Assembly (NCBI GenBank): GCA_016867375.1
Contig: VGJQ01000001.1
Span: forward strand, 21,394 to 85,393
DNA from: Candidatus Kaiserbacteria bacterium
Lineage (GTDB): Bacteria > Patescibacteriota > Minisyncoccia > Phycocordibacterales > UBA2100
DNA: 64,000 nucleotides
Direction: 5' to 3'
The notes beneath the pieces are model-generated. The model made no database searches and was not told the origin of the DNA. It saw only the letters and a list, made by a program, of their open reading frames with translations. Shown here piece after piece: positions 54,846 through 63,786 of the stretch. Numbering within the stretch: position 1 is the stretch's first letter; every line of letters begins with the position of its first letter. The position numbers and the translations under genes were made by a program.

Positions 54846-56432
54846 ATGAATATGCAAAACAGTATTTCGATGACGATGCTCGTCGTCTCTGTGATGTCGT
54901 TGGTTACCTTTATTGTGGTTGTGCTGCCGCGCACTGCTGTGGCGATGAATGCAGCAGAATCAGCAAATGCGATGTGTAATCCAGTCATTCCGCCTTGTGG
55001 TTGTCAGCAAATATTAGACCCAATAACAGGGCAATGCACAGGAGGTGCGAACATGAATCAATGTCCCTGCCAGGCGACCGTGAGCGGTATTACTTTTTCT
55101 GGCATATGTATCGCACCCAAAAAATGCGAAACCAAATCCGCCGGCGGTGGCGGTGTCGATAGTATGCTCAGTCAGCTCGGCCAGATGCTCAGTCAAGCGA
55201 TGCAGGCCCTTCAGGGAGGAGGGGGTGGAGGAGGAGGGGGTGGTCAACAGCCTCAGATGCCCCCAATGGGTGGCATGGGAGGGACCGGGATGGGCGGCTC
55301 GCAAGGATGCACGAGTTACTACCAGGTATCCACTCCGTCGAGCGATCCGTGTGCGTACTACGTCCCATCGTCCATTGGTAGTGATCTCAACGGTGCGCTC
55401 GGTAGTACCGCAGGCAACGACCTCCTCAATGCACTAAACGGCGGTACAAATACCAATATACCGAGCATTCCTGGGACGGGAACGGGTATCAACAATAATA
55501 ATACGAACGGTACGGTCAACCCCCCACAAAATCCCAACAATAGTGGATCGGGCGGTATTAATAATGGGACAGGACCCCAGATTGGTACCACACAAGGGAA
55601 GACCAGCGCACCCAATTCGATCATAGGTCTCATCTCAAATCCAAACAACCTGAGGATCGCGAGTACTACGGAAACGGTAATAGTAAATCCTGATGGGACG
55701 ACATCCACCACCACGACGTATTCGTTTTTTGGCCTCGAAATTACACTTCCGAGTAATAAGACCTCAGCGGGTGATCTCACTGCATTTATGACGATAGCCA
55801 ATATCATCAGTGGCAAAGGGGCATCCTCACAGGGAGGGGATTTGTTTTTGGGCGGCAATGGTGCCACCATATATTCCTCCAATTTTGATTCAAAAACGAA
55901 TACAGCCATCTCAGGGTTCATTGGTGCCAATTCTTCTGGTGGATCGGTCGGCTTGGCTGCATGGTTGTGTCGGACACGGCCGTGGGCCAACAACATCATC
56001 TCTCGCATCATACCGTCGTCGTTCTTCGATTCGCTCTGCACGCGTCGCGGATATGCGGTAGGTGCTCAGCCGGTAAGGACGGTGACTCCAGGCCTGACAC
56101 AGACACGATTGCCTGCCGTTAAAAAGACGGCAACGCCTGTAAAAAACACGACGACAACCGCCACATCCACTGTCCCTACTATACCGCCGAGGGTCCAGGT
56201 CTGGGCGGTGCCAGCGACGGTTTCGATTGGTTCCCGCACCTCGATCTTTTGGAGTGCGCGTGGCGTGGAAAACTGTCTCGTGACCAGTCCCGATGGGAGT
56301 TTCCGCCAAACGACGCTTTCGGGAGGCGCATCGACCGTCCCGCTCACGACGTCGACTACGTATACCATCTCCTGCCTAACGCCCGATGGTACGCCGGTGA
56401 CCGACTACTTCACGGTGCGGATGGCGATATAA
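54846..56432 (+). CDS. Secreted low-complexity (Gly/Asn/Thr-rich) protein with a folded C-terminal domain
   Basis: Signal/transmembrane segment at the N-terminus. Poly-Gly tract. Cys-rich segment. C-terminal beta-rich region. Confidence 0.5.
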   Translation: MNMQNSISMTMLVVSVMSLVTFIVVVLPRTAVAMNAAESANAMCNPVIPPCGCQQILDPITGQCTGGANMNQCPCQATVSGITFSGICIAPKKCETKSAGGGGVDSMLSQLGQMLSQAMQALQGGGGGGGGGGQQPQMPPMGGMGGTGMGGSQGCTSYYQVSTPSSDPCAYYVPSSIGSDLNGALGSTAGNDLLNALNGGTNTNIPSIPGTGTGINNNNTNGTVNPPQNPNNSGSGGINNGTGPQIGTTQGKTSAPNSIIGLISNPNNLRIASTTETVIVNPDGTTSTTTTYSFFGLEITLPSNKTSAGDLTAFMTIANIISGKGASSQGGDLFLGGNGATIYSSNFDSKTNTAISGFIGANSSGGSVGLAAWLCRTRPWANNIISRIIPSSFFDSLCTRRGYAVGAQPVRTVTPGLTQTRLPAVKKTATPVKNTTTTATSTVPTIPPRVQVWAVPATVSIGSRTSIFWSARGVENCLVTSPDGSFRQTTLSGGASTVPLTTSTTYTISCLTPDGTPVTDYFTVRMAI

Positions 56433-56460
56433 AGGAAATCATCTTTTTATACCATCTCTC

Positions 56461-56570
56461 ACATTAAGCGTCCATCAATGGGAAATTTCGTCTTTGCCGT
56501 CTTTGCGAGGCCTTTGGCCGAAGCAATCCAGAGTTCTACCACTCACCCCTGGATTGCTTCGCTTCACTCA
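56461..56570 (+). repeat. About 100-nt repeat, copy 2 (intact 13-bp stem cgaagcaatccag/ctggattgcttcg)
   Basis: About 90 percent identical to 39596-39700 over the core. It also carries an internal ggcctttggcc mini-hairpin. Confidence 0.6.
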
Positions 56571-56585
56571 CAAAGACACCATTGG

Positions 56586-56626
56586 TAAGGGCTCGTCCAC
56601 AAATCACGTACTCGTTATTTGTGGAC
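56586..56626 (+). repeat. REP-like TAAGGGCTCGTCC-hairpin element (copy 5)
   Basis: taagggctcgtccacaaatcacgtactcgttatttgtggac. Confidence 0.65.
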
Positions 56627-56747
56627 TACACTTATACTTCGCCCCAAATGGCTACGAAGGACTACTTCGCGCTCGCTCGCCAAGTCATTGCGGATATACG
56701 TAAAAATCTGCGTCTGTGCCGTGCACTACGAAGCTTTAGCGAAGTAG

Positions 56748-56820
56748 TGCGCCCAGTTGGATTCGAACCAACGACCATCTCCTTAAAAGGGAGTTGCTCT
56801 ACCGCCTGAGCTATGGGCGC
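56748..56820 (-). tRNA. tRNA-Lys (anticodon UUU)
   Basis: Manual cloverleaf: acceptor GCGCCCA/UGGGCGC, D-arm GCUC-AGGCGGUA-GAGC, anticodon loop CUUUUAA, T-arm GUUGG-UUCGAAU-CCAAC, discriminator A. No encoded CCA. Confidence 0.85.
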
Positions 56821-56860
56821 GCGTTGAAAGAGAATATACCACATTTCTGTCAAACGGCGA

Positions 56861-58228
56861 GTGAGCTCGGATGATACAATATATAGCATGTTTATGCATG
56901 GCCCCGAAGCCAAAAAGAGCACATATGAGGCGTCTCGTGCGCCACAGGCGCTCCACGAGGTACTTACTAACCCAAGGATGAGGGGGTTGTTTACGCGGTA
57001 TCTCAATACCCTTCAGAACGACACTGAAATCGTACGAGACATATTTGAGACACATAAGGCAAACGGGCAGTATACCCAAGAACAAATCACATTCCTCAAC
57101 GATCACTTCCCGAAGTTTAAGGAGCATTTTTTGCTCGCCGAAGAGGTGCGATATATGTTCGACACAAAAGAAATAGAGCAGGCCGCAAAAAATCATGAGC
57201 CTCTGCGCGAACTGCTCGCTCTCAATAATGGATCCCCGCAGATCCTAAAAAGATATATGGAGGTCATGGCTATGGAGCGTCCTGAAGAGTTGCGCGCGAT
57301 ACTCGATCTCAAGCGAAGTGTCAACGAAAAACGTCGCTCTATACGCTACAAGGCGCATGAGCGCATGACACAGACCATCCTCAAGCGCTTCAAGCTTTCC
57401 AACACGGATTTCGAAGAATTAAAAAATATTTCCAATGAGCGCGAGCGTAGGCAGCGCTTTCGTGAATTGGTCCAAGAGAGAGTGGATGGCTTACAAAAGG
57501 CAGTCGGCTGGCTACGCGGGACGCACACTGAACGCGGCATCGAACACGCATTTGATACACTTAATCAGTTTGAAAAAGACGAAGTGAAGCGCGAGATTGG
57601 CGAGCATCTCCATGCGGTGGCCGATGTCCTCAATGGGTTTGTGCGAGGAGACCATGAATTTATGGAAGCTATCCAATATGCCCGCATACCGGGAGAGGGA
57701 CGAGAAGATGAAGGTGCACCCGAAGAGCTCAGTGACGACGAGCGTTGGAAGAAAAATATGCAACGCATCATCCTTGGTGCTAGGGATCTGATAGGGGACT
57801 ACATCAAGGGGGAGGCGTCGTGGGCGTGGGGTATTGCGAGCGCTCTCCTCACAGAAGCGACAGGGATTTACAATTCTCCGAATCGACAGGAGACCAAGCG
57901 CAACAGTAAGAAGGAACCAAAAGAAAAAAGCGCGGAAGAAATAGGGCGTGAAGAAGAGAAGCGGCTGGAAAAAGAGCGCTTCAAGAATCCGCAGGAGCTC
58001 TACGACGCGGTTGGACGGCAGTTAAGAGAGAATAATAAAAAAGGGGCATGGAAACTCGTCGATGAATATCTTGGGTTGCACATAACAAGAAAAAACGATC
58101 TTAAGCGTATAAAGAGCGAGATCGAGGGCATTCTCATAAAACAAAAAGGATCAAGCGAAGATGCGCTGCAAAAACTGAGTGAAGCACTCGGTCTTTTCCA
58201 AGAGGAAAGGGAATCAAATAACACATAA
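56861..58228 (+). CDS. Hypothetical charged (Lys/Glu/Arg-rich) cytoplasmic protein in a lower-GC islet
   Basis: 455-aa ORF. No motif recognised. Confidence 0.45.
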   Translation: MSSDDTIYSMFMHGPEAKKSTYEASRAPQALHEVLTNPRMRGLFTRYLNTLQNDTEIVRDIFETHKANGQYTQEQITFLNDHFPKFKEHFLLAEEVRYMFDTKEIEQAAKNHEPLRELLALNNGSPQILKRYMEVMAMERPEELRAILDLKRSVNEKRRSIRYKAHERMTQTILKRFKLSNTDFEELKNISNERERRQRFRELVQERVDGLQKAVGWLRGTHTERGIEHAFDTLNQFEKDEVKREIGEHLHAVADVLNGFVRGDHEFMEAIQYARIPGEGREDEGAPEELSDDERWKKNMQRIILGARDLIGDYIKGEASWAWGIASALLTEATGIYNSPNRQETKRNSKKEPKEKSAEEIGREEEKRLEKERFKNPQELYDAVGRQLRENNKKGAWKLVDEYLGLHITRKNDLKRIKSEIEGILIKQKGSSEDALQKLSEALGLFQEERESNNT

Positions 58229-58231
58229 AGT

Positions 58232-58501
58232 ATGATGAATCGCACCGCCCTACAAACAATGCACGATCAACTCGAAGCGCTCGCGCAAGCGCAGGACTAC
58301 CGTGCCGCACAGGCGCTCTTGAAAGATCGCTTCATGCTACTCCCTGAAGATCTCCAAGGAAGGATCCTTACAATGCTCCTCGCTGACGCGCTTGTGAGCG
58401 AAGCGCGTATGCTCGACGGCGCGCTCGCGCTCGAAAATGAAAGCATCACCGCACTCAAAGCACTCGAAGAGATGCGGATTGTCTTAGGTCCTGATCATTA
58501 G
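58232..58501 (+). CDS. Hypothetical small protein
   Basis: 89-aa ORF 4 nt after the upstream gene. Confidence 0.4.
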   Translation: MMNRTALQTMHDQLEALAQAQDYRAAQALLKDRFMLLPEDLQGRILTMLLADALVSEARMLDGALALENESITALKALEEMRIVLGPDH

Positions 58502-58510
58502 GACGAGCCC

Positions 58511-58921
58511 TTAGAACGGTAGATCAAATGCAAATGCGCCAGCACCGGTGATCACGAGCGATACACAGATGACGAGAAGGAGGGCGAGTGTGCCACGCGA
58601 AAACGGTGTGATAGGCAAGCCCCAGCGTGACCACAGCATATGCTTCAAAAGGAAAAGTGCGCCGAGTATCGCGGCGACCTGTGTGTACAAGCCGATGGCG
58701 AGCATGACGCCGATGAGAAGGCTCGCTGCGGCGGCAATCCAAATCATCCACAGAGGTGGATGGCCGACGATGGGGAAGCGTGTCCGTGCGATCTCTCGTC
58801 GGTTTTGTACCAAACGGCTGGCAAGATACAAAAAAGCGTATGCACATGCGATGCGCAGAAGTGTGACCGCCAGAGGAGAAAGAAAGAAAAGCTCGGGGAA
58901 AACGGCAAATACATGTCCCAT
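58511..58921 (-). CDS. DoxX-family membrane protein
   Basis: 4 transmembrane helices. The C-terminal GAGAFAFDLPF matches the DoxX signature ending. Confidence 0.7.
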   Translation of the reverse strand: MGHVFAVFPELFFLSPLAVTLLRIACAYAFLYLASRLVQNRREIARTRFPIVGHPPLWMIWIAAAASLLIGVMLAIGLYTQVAAILGALFLLKHMLWSRWGLPITPFSRGTLALLLVICVSLVITGAGAFAFDLPF

Positions 58922-58959
58922 ACTGCGCAGTATAGCACTATTTGTTATAGTGTCTTGTC

Positions 58960-59430
58960 ATGCAGGTTGCACTTTTGCTTCACAATATCAGGAGTTCGCA
59001 CAATGTCGGATCGATATTTCGCACCGGCGATGGTGCGGGTGTTTGCGTGATCTACCTCAGCGGCTATACGCCGGTACCCGTCGATCGCTTCGGGCGACCG
59101 CAAAAAGAGATCGCCAAGACCGCGCTCGGCGCGGAGCGATCCATCCCGTGGCAGTATGCAAAGACGCCTGGCACGCTCATCAGACGACTCAAGCGCGAGG
59201 GGTGGCGGATTGTCGGTATCGAGCAGGACGCGCGAGCGCAGGACTATCGCGGGTTTAAAGCTGATCACAGGCCGATTCTTTTTATACTTGGCAACGAAGT
59301 GCGCGGTATTTCACCCTCCCTGCGCGCCCTCTGTGATGATCTCGTCGAAATACCGATGCATGGCGCCAAAGAGTCGCTCAATGTGGCGGTGGCAGCGGGG
59401 ATCGTGCTGTTTTCGCTAGGTGATGCATAG
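58960..59430 (+). CDS. SPOUT-class RNA 2'-O-methyltransferase (TrmH/SpoU/TrmL-like)
   Basis: NVGSIFRT, LGNEVRGI and ESLNVAVAAGIVLF motifs. Confidence 0.8.
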   Translation: MQVALLLHNIRSSHNVGSIFRTGDGAGVCVIYLSGYTPVPVDRFGRPQKEIAKTALGAERSIPWQYAKTPGTLIRRLKREGWRIVGIEQDARAQDYRGFKADHRPILFILGNEVRGISPSLRALCDDLVEIPMHGAKESLNVAVAAGIVLFSLGDA

Positions 59431-59515
59431 GCAGCGCTTTATTCCATTTGACGGGTGTGCTTCAATGAGGGAAGTGGGTCTTTGACTAAAACAAGTAACA
59501 AGAGAGGAGTGAGCG

Positions 59516-61282
59516 ATGGACGAGCTTCAGAGAGAAGCGCTGTCGTTCCTCATAGTGGAGGGGAGGCAGCGGCACAATCATGCGTATCGGCGTAGTCGGA
59601 TCAAGGCATTGTGTGCATTTCTAGCACGGTGCACGCCGGTACAACGCCGCCAGATATTCGATGGGGTGAAAGAGCCGGCATCACCATACCACGGACCAAA
59701 ACAAGAAACGCGATACTGGTTCTTCCAACACCCGACATTTGAGGTGTTTGAGCGATTTTGTGCAGACGAGGTCATATGTGCGATCTTCGCCGATTACCTC
59801 ACGCTCGTAGAATCGCAGCCACACAACATGTCATGGTCTCCCGGGGTATGTGAGATCGAGGCTTTATCGCAACACTACATACGTATCCTGTCCGAGTTTT
59901 TCTTCACATTCAAACCGAATGGGAAGCATCACTACATGACCGCGCCAATCTTCGAGATCACTGATGGTATGAAAGTGCGTGCATACCAGCGCCTCAAAGA
60001 GGAAATACACCGGCGTACAATGGATAAATTACGCACCTCACTTGGTATCCCAGTCGATGTGAGGATATACGAAGAAGTGTTTGGACTTGAGCCGTCGCCA
60101 AACGCAATTCTCTTTACAGTTGACGAAATAGTCGTAGAGGTGCCTGTTGAAACCTTTGTCCGTGTCATACCGCAAGGCTGGATATCGACAGTAACCCTCA
60201 TAGGCAAGCATCAAAACTCGCTTTCCGAGGGAGTGTGGCCGACGTTCAAAATCGAACGAGTGACAGAGGCTGCGGTTGCGGTGTCACGAGAAAAATATCG
60301 GATCAATGAGGTAGGTTTTGAGGAAGTGCACCGCCGATACCAGAGCGCGATGAAGCCAATTCATCGTATTCGTCGGATACATAATGGGCGGCTATCAATC
60401 GGTATCAAAATTCATACCGCACAGGATGCCCCAAAGGGACTATCGTTACCCAAGGGAATGTTCCGCGTCCCAGAAGGCCGGACCAAAGAGGCTTTCGTGC
60501 TGCCGGCTGTTGGGAGTATAGAGCATGTAGTCGAGATGTTTGAGTCGCTCGAAGAGCGCACCGGCATTTCGTATCTGAAGACTGGTCGCCATGCAAAAAG
60601 TGATGATTTTCAGATTCAGGTGTGTTCGCCCGGTCAGCTCAATGCACGTCGATCAGCGCTTCTGGGCGTGAGCTTCTATCTCGGCACCGACAATCTTCGG
60701 CGCTTCGCGCGCGAGGATTTTGTGACGACGAGCTTGGAATACACGGGTAATCGTCTGATTGTGTACGGTGCGGGACAGCTTGACCGCTTCTTTAGTTGGT
60801 GGGGAGTCGACAGGCAAGGAAATCTTTCCGTGCAGGACTTCTTTCCGCGTCGTCTTGAGGGGCGCACTGATGTCTTGATGTGTCAGACATTGCGCGACAT
60901 CGACAATATCAATTTTGTCGCTACTCTTCTGGTCCACGCACAATATGGCGGGTATTGGGCATCTCTGGGTGAGGAGTTTTCGCATGAGATGTCACAGCTC
61001 CTGATCCGCCATGGGCTCGCGGGAATTCTCGACGCACCCTGGGTAAAGACCGAATATGCTTCGCAAGTCGGCGCGAGTGTTGATGATGAACGATTCTTCG
61101 ATGCACTCAGTGAGCTCATGGACTACGCGTTTGAAGAGCTTGATCGAGGCGATCGTGCAAAGGTCCGCAAGGCCGCTGCGCGGCAATACTCTGGTATCCT
61201 GTATGAAGCGAGTGATCTGCTCGATTACTACCGTACCGAGCTTGCTGCGCGCGCGAGCTTGCTGGTCAAAAAGGGAGGTTGA
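59516..61282 (+). CDS. Hypothetical 588-aa cytoplasmic protein
   Basis: Long ORF. No motif recognised. Confidence 0.5.
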   Translation: MDELQREALSFLIVEGRQRHNHAYRRSRIKALCAFLARCTPVQRRQIFDGVKEPASPYHGPKQETRYWFFQHPTFEVFERFCADEVICAIFADYLTLVESQPHNMSWSPGVCEIEALSQHYIRILSEFFFTFKPNGKHHYMTAPIFEITDGMKVRAYQRLKEEIHRRTMDKLRTSLGIPVDVRIYEEVFGLEPSPNAILFTVDEIVVEVPVETFVRVIPQGWISTVTLIGKHQNSLSEGVWPTFKIERVTEAAVAVSREKYRINEVGFEEVHRRYQSAMKPIHRIRRIHNGRLSIGIKIHTAQDAPKGLSLPKGMFRVPEGRTKEAFVLPAVGSIEHVVEMFESLEERTGISYLKTGRHAKSDDFQIQVCSPGQLNARRSALLGVSFYLGTDNLRRFAREDFVTTSLEYTGNRLIVYGAGQLDRFFSWWGVDRQGNLSVQDFFPRRLEGRTDVLMCQTLRDIDNINFVATLLVHAQYGGYWASLGEEFSHEMSQLLIRHGLAGILDAPWVKTEYASQVGASVDDERFFDALSELMDYAFEELDRGDRAKVRKAAARQYSGILYEASDLLDYYRTELAARASLLVKKGG

Positions 61283-61285
61283 TCG

Positions 61286-61477
61286 ATGGTCGACGCAATC
61301 CAGCCGGGGTCTGTCCCATTTCGCAAGCCCGAAGAGGAGCGGCCCAATCCTGCCGTGAAGCCCCTGAGGCTTCCGCGGGACGCGCCCGAGCATCCTTCTC
61401 GAGAGGTTCCATCGCCGGTTCAGCCGGCACAGGAACCCTCCAAACCTCTACGCAAGCCCGAAAAGGCTCCTGCGTAA
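61286..61477 (+). CDS. Hypothetical Pro-rich 63-aa protein
   Basis: ORF 4 nt after the upstream stop. Followed by a terminator. Confidence 0.3.
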   Translation: MVDAIQPGSVPFRKPEEERPNPAVKPLRLPRDAPEHPSREVPSPVQPAQEPSKPLRKPEKAPA

Positions 61478-61486
61478 GGAAAACAA

Positions 61487-61519
61487 GCCCGCCGCATATA
61501 TCCTTGCGGCGGGTTTTTA
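61487..61519. terminator. Bidirectional Rho-independent terminator (cccgccgca-tatatcct-tgcggcggg plus T5)
   Basis: GC-rich stem plus T-run. Lies between convergent genes. Confidence 0.7.
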
Positions 61520-62479
61520 GTATGAAATTGCATCCACGGTGCGGCTTTGGGCATCCAAGAGTCGGATGATGTCGTGCCGATCATCCCATACGCCGCGTTG
61601 TGCATTGAGGAAGAGGCGCCACGATGTCTGCAGGAACGAAGGCGTGTTTTGATAGCGGTACACGCATCCGTTGTATGAAAAGGTGTCCATCACAAATGTG
61701 CGGCAGTTTGGTGTAAGTGATGCGGGAGGGTCTTTGGGGAATTCGCACGAGGCGAGGCTGCGCACGTAGTCGATGCAGGCGGATCCATAGGCACGAAGGT
61801 TTTCGGCGGTCATAGGGAGTGCATCCGAAGGGTCGGGACATGAGGCGAAGGTGAAGCTCGGGTAAAAAGACTGCAGTTTGCCGAGGTACCCACTGCAGAT
61901 GTTTTCTCTAAACGAGACTCCAACTGGCGAGACGCCTGAAGAGATGATGGCTTTTCCGCCGGGAGCGAGCATGACGCGATCCGCAGTATTCACGGCGCCG
62001 CCGACAAACATCGGTGCTGCCGTCGGCAGATAGTAGCGCTCTCCCGAGACGGCGCTCTGCAGCGACCAACCTGTGATATCGATGGACTCAGTATTGTCTC
62101 GTGCGGCTGTGATATTTAAGTATTCTTTGGAGGGATCGCTTTCGATGGCGCGACCGTCTTGGAGTGTGACTTGTGAACGATAAGGGGAGGGGAGGCCAAA
62201 CATTTTTACTTGCTGAAGCTGATCTTCAGAATATCCACCTGTGCCGGATCCGATGTATTGCGAAATATCCGCACCCTGGATATCAGGGATTGAGCCGCGC
62301 CACGGAAGTTGGAACGAAGCGAATGAGTCGAAGAGCCTGCCGTTGAGTATCGCGGAAAGAGGATCAGGTTGATTTTTCGCGGCGTTGATGATCTTGGACG
62401 GACCGCCGCTGATCAGCCAAAATGCGATACCGAGAACGAAGATACCAATCACGAGCACACCAAGGATTCGGAGGATCAT
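61517..62479 (-). CDS. Hypothetical N-terminally anchored extracellular protein (start at MILRIL)
   Basis: Transmembrane helix then a Cys-containing soluble domain. A TATAAT lies about 10 nt upstream of the chosen start. The longer ORF-track start would overlap murE. Confidence 0.5.
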   Translation of the reverse strand: MILRILGVLVIGIFVLGIAFWLISGGPSKIINAAKNQPDPLSAILNGRLFDSFASFQLPWRGSIPDIQGADISQYIGSGTGGYSEDQLQQVKMFGLPSPYRSQVTLQDGRAIESDPSKEYLNITAARDNTESIDITGWSLQSAVSGERYYLPTAAPMFVGGAVNTADRVMLAPGGKAIISSGVSPVGVSFRENICSGYLGKLQSFYPSFTFASCPDPSDALPMTAENLRAYGSACIDYVRSLASCEFPKDPPASLTPNCRTFVMDTFSYNGCVYRYQNTPSFLQTSWRLFLNAQRGVWDDRHDIIRLLDAQSRTVDAISY

Positions 62480-62490
62480 ACGTACATGTA

Positions 62491-63783
62491 TTATACCTGA
62501 CGATTTTTCGCAGCAAGGAGCTTGTGCAATTCTTCGCGCGCTACCCCCGCATCGCTCCATGGTGTCTTGGATCCATCGGGGCCGCAGATGCACGGGTCAG
62601 TGCCTTTGCCACTAATGAGCACTGCCCAGTGTTCATTAGTGCCCTGAGCGAGCCGAACCTTTTCTTCGGCGAGTCGAAGGGCTGTCGCAATCGCTTCGCG
62701 CCGGTCCATGATGATCTGTGGCGCGCGCTTCATGCCGTGCGCCATACTTTCGATGATCATGCGCGGGTCTTCGTCGTACGGGTCCTCATTTGTGAGGATC
62801 ACATGGTCGCATCGTGCATCTGCAATACTGCCCATAACGGGGCGTTTCCAGGTGTCGCGTCCGCCGCCCGTTGACCCGAGCACACATATCTTACGGTCTG
62901 AGTCATAGGCATCATAGAGTGCGGTGAGCGAGTCGGGAGTATGTGCATAGTCGACGACGACCGTGAAGTCCTGGCCTTCTTCGATGCGCTCGGCGCGGCC
63001 GGGGATTGAGTGCAGGCGATCGAGCCCGGTAGCGATATCGGCAGTCTGTACGCCGATCGCATCAGTGAGGAGTGCGGCAGCGAGTGCGTTGCGTAATGAA
63101 AATTCTCCGGGGAGATGTGTGCGCAGATGCATATCCTTGAAACGAAACTGCCCCCCATGTGCATCCGATGTGTGTTCGGTGCTCGAGAGATTAAATGGGA
63201 TGATCCTGTCGACAGGCAGGGAAAGATATCGTTTCCCTTGCGCGTCTTCTTCATTGGCGACGATGATGCGGGGGCGTTTGCGGGAGCGTGCGAGCTGCTT
63301 GCCGATCTCATATTTTGCGTTGGCATACGCTTCCAGTGATCCGTGCGATTCGATGTGCTCGGGTGTGAGATTGGTGAAGATGAGGCCGTCGAGATCGATC
63401 GCGCGGTGTCGGTATTGGCGCGCTCCTTCCGAAGTCATTTCAATGATGGCGACCGTGCAGCCTGCGTCGACTGCCTGGCGAAGGAAATGCTGGATGAAAA
63501 ATCTACCCGGCATCGACATGCGCATGAGGTTGGGCTCGGATTCATCGGCCACTTTGATGCGGATTGAATTAAGGAGTGCCGTTTTGTGGCCTGCTGCTTC
63601 GAGGATTGCGTTGAGCATCTCGGTCGTACTTGATTTGCCTTTGGTGCCGGTGACGGCAAGTACGATGAGGCGGCGGGAAGGGTATCGGTAGATACATGCG
63701 CCTATGTGGGGCACAAGAAAGTGGTATGCCCGCAGGAGGGGGGATGGGATTATGCGGGTGATGATTTTTTTGATGGAGCGCAT
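62491..63783 (-). CDS. murE: Mur ligase family protein (MurE-like UDP-MurNAc-tripeptide synthetase)
   Basis: ATP-binding VTGTKGKSST. FTNLTPEHIESHG. C-terminal Mur ligase domain. Confidence 0.75.
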   Translation of the reverse strand: MRSIKKIITRIIPSPLLRAYHFLVPHIGACIYRYPSRRLIVLAVTGTKGKSSTTEMLNAILEAAGHKTALLNSIRIKVADESEPNLMRMSMPGRFFIQHFLRQAVDAGCTVAIIEMTSEGARQYRHRAIDLDGLIFTNLTPEHIESHGSLEAYANAKYEIGKQLARSRKRPRIIVANEEDAQGKRYLSLPVDRIIPFNLSSTEHTSDAHGGQFRFKDMHLRTHLPGEFSLRNALAAALLTDAIGVQTADIATGLDRLHSIPGRAERIEEGQDFTVVVDYAHTPDSLTALYDAYDSDRKICVLGSTGGGRDTWKRPVMGSIADARCDHVILTNEDPYDEDPRMIIESMAHGMKRAPQIIMDRREAIATALRLAEEKVRLAQGTNEHWAVLISGKGTDPCICGPDGSKTPWSDAGVAREELHKLLAAKNRQV

Positions 63784-63786
63784 ATG

